This document shows positions 44,641-56,600 of a stretch of 64,000 bases of DNA, piece after piece. Source of the stretch: Phoronis australis. Taxonomy: Eukaryota > Animalia > Phoronida. The notes under the pieces were generated by a model, which was not told the DNA's origin, ran no database searches, and worked only from the letters and a program-made list of their open reading frames with translations. Made by a program: the position numbers and the translations under genes. The DNA lies in assembly GCA_002633005.1 (NCBI GenBank), contig NMRA01000005.1, positions 1,727,048 through 1,791,047 of the forward strand, in the 5' to 3' direction. Each line of letters begins with the position of its first letter. The stretch's first letter is position 1.

Positions 44641-47600
44641 TCAGGGACTGGAGAAGAGGTGGAACTTGCCATCCAATGTGCCGGTGGCCAGCTGTTGTAA
44701 AATAACAAATGGAAAGTTAAATTTTAAACAAGAGCAAAAGCAAAGCATTGAAATGCGCTCGTGACCACACAGCAAATGGAATGCTTCTAAGGGTGTTTAC
44801 CAGTATCATACAAATAGCCAGCAGGTCAGTGGTGTACATTGAACTGGTTCGAAAATGGGAAAGTGTCATCATATCAATAATGAAAATTTATTTGTCAAGG
44901 AACTCCGAAGATACAGAAGCAAACATAAAAAATAAAATTATCACTAGATGACACAGTGGTAGTCACATCCAACCACATGAAATTGTCATCTGTTGACACA
45001 TTCATAGGAATACACGTGCCAAATTTCATGAAGATTTTGCAAGACGTTTACGTGAAACATACATGGATGCAAAAAACAGTACTACTGCTATGGGCACCAC
45101 AGCAGTCAAACCTATTCGAAAATCAATGTAAGCTTAATGCTCTTGGCAGTAGAAGCACACCTGCCAATTTTCTTAATGATACTTTGAGTTGCTTGACAGA
45201 TACATAGGCTGACAGGAAAAACATGCTCAAAAATAATAATAAATATGTCCAATAGATGGCGCACAGTACGTGTAATCCATCGGAAAGTAAAAGGGTGTTG
45301 TTGTCTCTTTAATAGAAACTTATTTGCAAAATTTCATGAAAATCTGTCAAGGAACTTTGAAGATACAGACAGAGGTAAAAGCAAAAAACAAGCTGTCAAT
45401 AGAGACAAAAAGATCTGAAAGTCATTGTCATGTCTTGCCACATTCATAAAAATAAATTTGACAAAGATCCTACCAGAAGTACAGGAAAATGTAAACACTA
45501 ATTTGTTACTAAGAGGCACAATCAGAGTTGAATCTGACTAAAAATGGTTATCATCATCCGTTCTTAGCTCCATAGGAACACATTTGTCAACTTTCATAAA
45601 GACCCTGCACGGGGTTTTGGAGACAAATGCCGTATGCCTGACCAGAGATGATGGCAATATGCAACGTTACCACATTTGCACATGGGGGCACATAAAATAT
45701 TAAAATTCTTGGCTACTTTAACATATAATAGGGTATCATAGAGTCAGTTCTGACAGTTTTTATAACCCAGACAAGTTGTGACAACAGCACAAGCACATCA
45801 CCCTTTTGGAGCCGCATTTTGAATTGTCAGTCACTCCTAGTCACTTGACATTCATCATTATACATGACCGCCTTACACAATGACTCAAACACATTTACCA
45901 GTCAACGCTTTACCTGAGAAAAAATACCAGTCACTAAACTTAACTGTCTCACCTGTGGATAGAGGGGATGAAAGGCAACATCTGATACAACATCTGTATG
46001 TCCAGTCAACTTGTGAAATGAGCTGCCTGTCCTCGTATCAAATAGATATGCCTGTAAAAAGTAACAGTTAAACTTTCCAAATACAATAGACATTACGCAG
46101 CACTGAATTAAAGAACCTTGACATGTTCATGAATACAAGAAACAAGTCCCACCATTTGATCACTTGTTTTATTCCCTTTATTCACACAATGCCATTTCAA
46201 ATGAAAACTTTTTTGCATTTTCAATATGCTCTCTGTCTACATTATATAATCTTGAAAAATTCTCCATACACACATATCATTTCAGCATTTTGCACACAAA
46301 TACCCTAATGTAATGGAAAATGTACTAACCTTTTCTTTACATTTCAAAGTTTTCCATCTAGAAGAATACGCTAATAAAATATTGACATCTGCACATCATT
46401 TTTGAAAAGTTGCATTTTCGCCTGTTCACATGAGCACAGTGAACATGATGTTCACATGAGCACAATGAACATGGTGTTCACATGAGCACAGTGAACATGG
46501 TGTTCACATGAGCACAGTGAACATGGTGTTCACATGAGCACAGTGAACATGGTGTTTTCAAAAGATTCTGCTAAGGATAGCATTAACAAAAGTTTGAACT
46601 GTTAGTTGCCAAATTCAGTGGATACGTGTGGATGGAAGTCAAATCTGTAAGGAAAAGGTTACCTATTCAAATCAAAACAGGACCTAATTGACAACTCATA
46701 ACCATTGTCTGACAAAACCTTCAGCAGGTAATATTGAGCTGCTAATGCTTGTGGTTACATTGTGATGTACAAAGCACAACAGTCAACCACACTTAGTTAT
46801 TTTGCAATCATGCTTGCGTCTGTGATGCCAAAAAGCTTACACAAAGGTGAAAGTGGATTATTTCTCATTTTCTCACCTTTGAGAACCACGGTTTTGAGAT
46901 GCATTGTCATATACTGAGGTTTAAGGACAATGACAATTAAGTTCAGTATATGGCAAAACATAACAAATGATATTCGTAGGTATTGATTTTATCTTGCAAC
47001 CAGCTACACTTATAACATTAGTTAAATGATCATTAAGAAATTAATTGAGTTTGACTGCACTCATTCTACATTCACATGGCCAGCAGGTCAGATTTAATAC
47101 CAAAGCAAGGGCTTTTTCAAGTTAACCAGATCTTACACATTTATCCTCAGATCCACAAGCTATGTATCTGGTGCACGGACTGAATGCAATTCCACATGAA
47201 TGGGTTCTGTTCTGATGACCCTCATACCTGTGTACACACCTAGAATATGTAAACACTTTGATAAAATATACTCCAGCAACAATCAAATAAGAAAGGCATT
47301 TCAGGGGGCAGCCAAGTACTATATAGATAAGCAAAATGTGGAAGCATCTGTCAAAACATTGCAAAATAGTATTTTCATGAAATTGTGTATCCAACTTTCA
47401 AGTTAGCACAATTTCTTATATGAGTTATAGCTTCAATGAACTCCAAAATAAGCAAATTTTGTAGACTTCTTTGTTAACATAACAAAATTTCACATCGCTC
47501 AATTTCCTAAGGTTCCTGAATTGCTTAGGACACAGCATATACCTTCAACATGTACTTTATTTTTAGATTGCTCAGCCATGAGCTGTTATCAAAAACAGGC

Positions 47601-50600
47601 AACTTTCTTGCCAGTCCATTTTTAGCATGTTCTCCAGGCCGACTGCTGAAGAACTATCTACCCAGCTACTGTACGGTTTGTTTTCAAACATTGTTTACTC
47701 CATGGTAAGGGTTTACTGAAAATTTGAATCCTGAATCTACCATCAACACATGACCCCAGGGATTGCTCTGGTATGTTGATTCCAACAAGAGGTTCTCTGG
47801 CATGTTGATTCTAATAGGAGGTTCTCTGGCAAAACGAAATATAAACCTGCATGTTTGGCCTAATGGAGAGTTACTGCATTAAAAACTAACTAAACACAGC
47901 AAAATTACTGTTTATACTCATTAAATGACATTACCCTCCCCTCAAGCATATTCAGTGAAACAGCAAGCAGGTCAGAAAGAGCAGAAAATATGCTGCTCTG
48001 ACAAACTAGACAGTATGATGGCTAGAAACTAATAAATAAATTTAATTTAATCCAACAACTTTCCTCTCTTGCATACCTGTTGGTACGAAGATCCCACAAT
48101 TTTACACAGTCAGAGGCTGCAGCTGTCAAGAACAGGTCGTAGGCTGAATCTGGGTGGCTGACATAGGCCGAGCCCTGCAAAATGACCATTGGGCAGATGT
48201 AACTCTCACTGTGGGTGGAGACGACTTAAATATCATTTGAGCTACAACACTTCAAGAATTAATCACAATAATTAAAAAAGAAAAATCCCCTCAGTATACA
48301 ACAACAATAATAACACAATGAAAATAAAAATTTTGATTAGAAAAATTAAAAATGACAATTTTGGTGAATTGTTTTGCGTGAAATAAACAAGAAAATACAG
48401 AGCACAGTGTCTTATGGAGAAAATGGCAGCTTAAAGTTACCAAGGATTGAATTACCGCAGTAGACACATAAAACTATAGATTTTTAAATAGAACAGAATC
48501 CCATTATGAGCCTTGCGCAGATGTCCATAATCACATGATTGTTTTTTCATAGAAAATTTTTTATGAAAATCTCAAAATTTTCCGCAAACACAATATTTTT
48601 CACATGAAACTTGTAAATTTTGTCATAGTATTAGCTGCAAAAGGTTGCCTGGGATATTCTTTTAAGGTCTTATTACCAGAGAGCTCCAATCAAAAATAAA
48701 AACATCATCAGCCTTTTAAAAAATATGGAAGTCTTGATTTCTGACAGCCGAGCTCTTGAGCTAAAAGGCCTTAAAAGAATCAACCCTACATTGCTTTTGA
48801 AGGTAATAGAATAAAAAAAGAAATTGCAAGTTTTGAACAAAAAATTGTGTAAAATTTTCCGTGAGAAATCTTTTTTTGAAAAAGGCAATCAATACATGTG
48901 ATTGTGAATATCCGAGCATTACTTTTGTGTACATAAGGTTCATCAAAGATTTTCCAGATAATTAATAGTTTTATGGGTCTACTATTAAGACTTATTATAA
49001 TTACCGGTATTTAGAAATTCAATCAACGGTTAGAGCAAAAGTATGTCATTACAATAAGGACTGACATTATCAAGACAGTAACATGAGAAAGGTAACTTAC
49101 TTCATTTTGGCAGATGGCATGGACTGGTCTAGCATGCACGTCATCTAAAACGCGGATACTCTGACCAACGTTGAGATCAAATACTTCTAAAGACTTGTTT
49201 GTTCCAGCACACATAACAATGTCTTAAGAAATAGTCAAGGAAGCAAAGTAATTAAAACAATAAAACTTCCTTTGTCCAGCATACAAGTTAACCAAAATAT
49301 ATAAAATACTCAATTTTCTAAAAGCAGTTTCAAGGAAGAATCTACCATTATTGAAAAAAGCTGTCAGCTATTTTTCTTGGGTAATACAGTAACTGTAAGT
49401 CTTCCATAGTTATTCTTTTTCTCCTACATTTTAGTTAAAAATATGTTTGTCTCTTAATAAAAACAAAAAAAAAAAACAAACACAAGATGAAGATGGATAC
49501 AGGAGTAAAACCCATTTATTGCAGACAGAGAAGTGATCTGTTGAGCTTTTGTCATCTGAAATGAGTTGACCAGCTTGTAGCGACTCTTTGTCAAGTACCT
49601 GTGTGTAAATATCAAGAACATAATAGCATGTTTAGTCATTATGAAAATGTGTAACACATATCATAAAATGGATTGGTCAATAGAATGACACTGTAGACTG
49701 ATATCATAAGATTAAAGTGGAACACCATATGGCTTACGATGCTTATTGTTAATGCTGATTTTTGTGCTTGAACTGCTAGCTACTTATGACTGTGAATGAC
49801 ATTGACTGGAATACTTAGACAGTCCTAGGGATGACATGAGGAGTTTTGACAATTCAGTGTGTGTCATTGCTATTGGTTTTAGTTTAGCACAATTTTACAG
49901 GAAATTTTCCAACTGATGAGAAGATTTTTCATATCATTATTGAAAGTCAAATGCACATCTAGAAAATGTAATATTTATAGATTTCATCTCCATGACTGCT
50001 GCCATTTCTCAAATGCATTGTGGTATAATGGTTGTCAGCTCTTAAATATCTGGTGACATCACGAATAACTTGGTGACATGTGAACAATATTACAAAATAC
50101 AACACTTGTCACTTGAGCGCATCAGAATTGAAAGTTCAGGCCTACTGCAAACATGCCTCTAGGTGTGAGTTTGGCTAAGCAACCATCTTGCAAAAATAAA
50201 ACACTGAAAGTGAGCCTCAAAATGAATCCAGTTCATGTATTTAGCAAATGTTTTATGGTGAAAGATTCTCAAAGCACGTGCCATTCAATCGTACTGAAGT
50301 CAAATCTCACCACATAAAATTCAAATTTAAATTTGAATTAAGTTACATGTCCGCAAGTTATCGATGATGTCACTGGATATCGTGAATAACATCACCATTG
50401 GAAACCACAATTTGTGAACTGGATTTCATAAAATCAAAATTTGATTTTTTCAATTTTATGACAGAATAGTTAGATAAATACCTTTTAACGTCACTAGCCT
50501 TAGTCAAGTCGATGTGATACTTGTACAAATTAAACGTATTGCCTGAAGTAACCAGTACAAACTTGTCCATGTAATAGAACTGTGCATGCTTGATTTCTTT

Positions 50601-53600
50601 TGAGAACAAAGGATTGGACTGAAACAAAGAAAATGGGACAGGCGTGAATGGGTAGAGGGCATGACAACGTATAATTATGTACTACTGGTAATTCATGTGA
50701 TCATGTACTTAATATAATAATAACATGAGCTGAAATATTATAAATGATAATTCATGGTTAAACTCCATAAGTTTTTTTATAATAATCTGACTTTTGGTTT
50801 CCAAATCAGTGATAGCTAACAACTTTATTTCCACAACATGAAGTATTATGTTTTCAAAAATAAAATACTCTAAAATGTTGTTTTTAATGGATTAAACTTC
50901 TTTTTAAATAGCATGCGATTTTAGTTGCAAATTTTACGTTTGTTACATTCAAGACCTCGCTGGGAGCCACAGCATGTAACAACTAGCCAGGCGTCCCCAT
51001 ACACAAAAAACAGAACAAGGAAACTGTACAGCAAGTTAATACTTATTGTCAACCCAATAACCCACACGTTCTTCCAGTCCTTGATGATAGCAGAAATGTA
51101 TTAGGTGCAAAGAATTATTATCACATCTTTAAGCCTGGGGACTAGTCACTTTAATTTCTAAAAATCCCGTTCTTGACAAACATCACCATAACTAATGCAG
51201 ACTGGCAAGAAACTTCTGTTTCTCTGTTTTAGCAAAATTTTGTCTGGAATTCACTGTCAAGACAAACATGGCTTTTTACGGTACCTGGAAGACTTTTGAG
51301 CTTTCATGCTGAAAGTCTCAGCAGGTAATCCTAGAATAGCAAGCCGAGGTAAAAAACTAAGGTATTCCAGTACCTTGATACTGTTCATTGATTCATTTGG
51401 ATGTTCGACAAGATATTTAAAACATCTCAACTAAGTTAACTTGACAGTTCTAAATCCTGTAATCATCTCAACACACCTTGTCAACCTTTGTAGACTGCCC
51501 GTCTTTATCAACCGCAAAGTTATGGTTAACCGTGTTGAAGTACATGACTGGCTCCCCTCCCTGTGCACGGCTCCAGATGCACGCTGTCTTGTCATCAGAA
51601 CATGTCAGCAACCACCGTGAGTCACTACTCCAGTGAACTTTTCTAACGCTTCCATTGTGTCCTGTGAAACACATTTTGGCACACCCAACTTAACCAGGTT
51701 GTTGTATTGAAATGTAGCACACAAAAATAAAAAAAACCTTGTCCCGAACTACAACGGCATCACTTGAAGTCTGATTTGTTAGTATCCAGATTGACGCACT
51801 TTCACCAAGCACACAGTTTGCAACTTCACCATGTTGGTCAAATTCTTATATAAAGGCTTTGTTGTAAGTGCTAAGTCATCAATGATTGGCAATGGAAACA
51901 CAAAGAAAATATTTTAAAATGCCTCTAAATTTATCTTTCTAATCCTATGAGCAGATGGTGTTTGGTGTTTAAAATAAGAATATTTAAAAAGGATATTTTA
52001 TGGTATGTCCTCTTACATAAACGCCATTGACTACCAGAGCAAATGTTTCCCGATGAAATAATATAAAGCATGACACAATATGCCTATCATGTCAATTTCC
52101 TACCTGCACAAGAAAAACCCTTTCCATTCAATGGCATCTTAAAGACATGTCCAGATTTGTTAGCCAGACCACAGGCTAGCAACTGACCATCACCTGTAAT
52201 CACAATAAGCGTGTTGCCAGACTCTTGACAATAATTTTAGGTGAAAAACAAATCAGGTATCGCTGAATATAGAAACTGTACCCTCTTCTTATTATTACTC
52301 ATTATGTTAATCGTTGCATTAAAGGTGCTATCAACCGGGCTTTTCACAAAGTAAATACAACTTATGATTTAGATGACACTAACCACTATAAAACTGGTCT
52401 TGAGTTATTTAGTTCCTTATTGACAAGTTTCTCAATACTTAGCAAGATCACGCTCCACGCATAAAATGACCTGCTGCAAGAAGCAAGCTCAGAAATCATT
52501 TCCTAGCTAAGAGACCAATATCACAATGCTTACTGGCCTTATTAATTGAAGCCTAGTTCATAGCACCTTTAATTAACCTTCTATTGGGGCTGGTGAAACC
52601 ATGGACTAAACTTTTTATTGTGGTAGCACAGTGTTACCAAAGACCACAATTAAATGACTTTGCAGAATTCACAAGATACTGTTTCTCACCCGATCCTACA
52701 TTTTCTAGTTTTGAGAACAAACATGAAAATTTGATGTGTTTACAGTGGCCTCATAATCAATTCCAGGATCCATGAAAATAAGACCGATTAACACAGATGC
52801 ATTCCAGAGAGTGCCCCTGAAGCACATTAGCTAGGTTGTAATCTTAACAACATTTTTTCAAATAAGGCCACCATTACGCAGAATTCTATTTTAATTTGCT
52901 GATAACTTCCTTACTAAACACAACAGGTCAATTGTTTTGGTGTTCTCATCCATAATTCCAAAGTCAGTGAATTTAGTTTACAGGTATAGATACATCATGA
53001 ACTTGAACAATTTATGTCAATTAAGGCCGCCTCAATGGCAACTATGTGTCGTTACTCAACTATTAATACACATACCAGAAAAGCTTATGTTGTTGACAGG
53101 AGTTGGTCGTTCAAATGGATCTAACTTAGCCAGTAGTTGTGTAGGAGCAGGCTTGTTCATCGGATATTCCTTCCCACCCAGCAGTCCACTGCCACTGTTG
53201 AAGATAGAGAGGTAAATGAATTTTACAATCTCATGTCTTCAGACTTTCAGTGCAATACTCTTTATGCCACTACATTTTTCAGTAATCAATAGCATACAGT
53301 ACAGTTTTCAAAGCAGTTAACAGGAAGTCTTCTTGTCAAAACTTGCAGAAGTTTTACAGCAGAAATTGTTGGTTAATTTTCCAGTGATTTGCAGCAAATC
53401 TCTCCTGATTTTGTTCAGATAATTTGAATCGAACACGATAACTTTTTGGAAAATTAAGAACAGCAAGTCAAATAGTTTTGAAAGCTAAAAGTAAGAAATA
53501 ATTTCTTAAGAGAAAAACTCTTACTGGCCTGAAAGTTCACATCAAAATGCATTTTGGAAGCAGACATAGGTTATTTAGGAATGAAAACTCCTGTTGTCTA

Positions 53601-56600
53601 AACTGATGAGAAAAGCCTTGGATAACATTTCATACCTAGATTTTGACTTAGCTGTTCCCCTGGGTGACGACGAATTCTGCGTTTTGGGCTGGAACATAGT
53701 AGTTCTGAAAAACAAAAGCATGAGTTGAAGAGAATTCACTTAATATGCAAAACTTACTGAATTAACAGGTGGCTAAGCCATTCGGTAATTAGAATTTTTG
53801 TCACCCTAACAGTAATTACCAGAAACCTTTTCTGTAAACAAAATTAGCCGTCACAACAACAAAACTTTTTTTTCCGATTACTTTTGTCTTGCACCATATA
53901 CCATTATGATAATACCTTCTTGATGTGCGGTTTTTCATAGCAACAGAAAACATGGTTGCGAAAACAAATTTTGAGAAATGAAGTGACGAAAAGCAACACA
54001 ATCACGAGACTTACCTTGGGGAATCTGTATATCCTGATGATTTGACTTTTGACTTAAAAGTTAATGGTTGGTCTTGAACACCGCTTCCCTTTTTATTTCT
54101 TGCACTAGTCTTCTGTTTGTCATCTGTTTTTGCTTTTGGCACTAATTCGGCCTTCAATGGCGAGTTGGCACACAGAGGCTCCCTGTAAACACCAGCTAAC
54201 TGAACAATATTGGACAGTGAACAATATTAAGCAACACTGAATAATCATATATCAGGATCTTCATTAGTCTCACAGTAACCTCTTAACTGCATTCAATGAA
54301 AAAACAAAGGCTGACTTTTATTTCAAGATAAAAATGTTAAAAGAACATGCTTCAACTACAACACATTGCGCATTGCAATCAATTGAAATAGCAATACAGC
54401 CAAAATTTTATCTCCTGAGGCTGATCAAGGATTGAAAATTTACTTGACTGTTAAGACTAATAAAATAAAGTGTAACAGACAGTGAGTGAAAAAAGGAAAA
54501 TGTTTTGTCTTCTTTTGAAATGCCACTAGATAATGCCAAAAATGCTAAACAAAGTTTGCGACATAATCAAAACCATTGAATACTTTTGGGTGTTCTTAAG
54601 AAAAGCCTAACACACATTACAAGCACATTTTTTAAACTGTCATAAAGTTTGAACACTTAAGTTCAGCCAATGACGGTGGTTTGAATTAACTTCAGATCAA
54701 GAGTGCATTCCATCGACCAAGTGTCTTGTGAGAAAAGCGAGATCACAGAAGGCCACAAAAACCACGCAGGTGTAAGGAGACTGTTCTGCATGTACGCCTG
54801 TGAGCTTCCTAGTGTAACCCATGCAAGGTGTCCACTATAGAGATTGGTATGGCAGGTGAGGTTGGAATGGTGAATTGTGGGATTTAAATCACAAATTATG
54901 GGATAGAATTCCCTTTTTCTATTTCATAAGCAGAGATTTTTTAACCCAAGTGCAAGCTTATAGCTCAAGTCTATGGAATGTAGCCCAGGGGCCGCTATTC
55001 CAAGTACTCCACTTAAGTTCATTTTGACATTAAGATTTGTCTCAACCTCCAAACTTTGAAACTTCCACTTCTGGTAAATTAGTCAAACTAAAGACAAAAC
55101 ATAAGTCAAAAACTCAAGTCAAAGTTAAGATTGGAACGGATTTGAGACAAGATTTGGCTTAGCTAAGTCAATTGTCTTGGAACTGGCCCCAGACCTCCAA
55201 ACGCAACGACAAAAGAGCATCAGATTGTCTGATCTGTTTTTAAAAACCCTTGTCAGGGAGATTACAGATATGACACTTTACAAAATCGTAAAAAAGAGTC
55301 AATAAGAACCGACCTTGAGAGAACTGATATCTCTCGCTTATCAGCTGCTCCTAGATCACTCTCTGTGTTGTTTGTTTCTGAATGAGTTGTTGAGGTAGCA
55401 TCTAGAATCCGTACAATGTTGGCAACATTTTGAAGTAAACTTCCTATCACACACCATGTCTGCAACAGATATTCAGTAAAAGTTTTATAGCATTTATGTG
55501 CAGTTTCTTTTCATTCAAAAGAAATATTTAAAAGCTGGTTCACCCAAACGTCAGTAACTAAAGGAAGATCACTAATTCTTATTTTCACAAAAACATATCC
55601 TAGAACTAAAAACTTGGAATTAAAAAAGTTAGCAGTGCCTACCAATGCATTTAAATGTTATACATTCATGTTAATACTTCTTAAAAATATGTAATAATTT
55701 GTCAATATTGTCACATTCATAATGACTTGAGAAGTCCATTCCAAGAAACTGACTTAAGTTCACGTTTGACTTAAGTCTAAGATTTGTCTCAACTTCCAAA
55801 CTTTGCAACCTCCCCATCAGGTAAGATAGTCAAAATGAAGACAAAACTTAAGTAAAAAATTGAGTCAAACTTAAGATCTCTCTCATGAAATAGACTTGAG
55901 ACATCTTAAAATTGAGTGAAATTTAAGATTTGTCTCAGCTAAGTAAGTTTTCTTGAAAGAGAACCTACAGCTCAATTAATCTTTTCCCTGTTTTTACTAT
56001 AAACTAGATTTAGAGGAATTCCTTATTACCGTGCACTTTTAAGTACATCACAAACAAAGTAACCTGTCGCCAGAAGAGTGCGCTGTTGGAGAAAAAAACC
56101 AAACAGTTCCTACCTCACCCGCATGCTGTGAACTTCGTGAGAATGCATAACATCCCGCTACAGAAATACATCGGCTAACTTCACCAAGTTCATCAACGGA
56201 AGGAATGGGATCTGTAAATTACATGAAAGATACATGCATCCAAAAGAACACAAAATTGTAGTGTCACTATGGACCACCCAGAGTTGGCAGGCGAGCAAAC
56301 CTTAAGTCTTTCTGCTCGATTACTCTTTATTGTTTTTAAATCCGACAACATTAAGATATGAGTAGCCTGAACAATTAAGATATTTGATTTCATTTTTCAC
56401 CCTTTTTGTGGATGGAAACAATACCAGTGATAATAACGTGTCTATCGTATACTTCCTGAAGCCCCTAAGTTCACTTCACAATCTAAATAGCGCCATGTCA
56501 GAAATACCTCATCTCAAACTCCAATATGTAAGAAAAATAACAGAAACTTGTACACGGCTGGTAAGATAATTCTTCAATTATCTAGCATACGATATGGCCA

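Noticed and set aside
45744-45860. Minus-strand C/D box-like arrangement in the last WDR27 intron
   Set aside because: No terminal stem and no recognisable rRNA or snRNA guide complementarity.
46423-46552. CRISPR-like palindromic repeats
   Set aside because: Head-to-tail units with no unique spacers, eukaryotic intron, no cas genes.
51988-51996. ATATCCTTT U12-donor-like motif (minus here; also plus strand at 61252-61260)
   Set aside because: Not at an exon boundary, and the flanking exons already join in frame through GT-AG sites.
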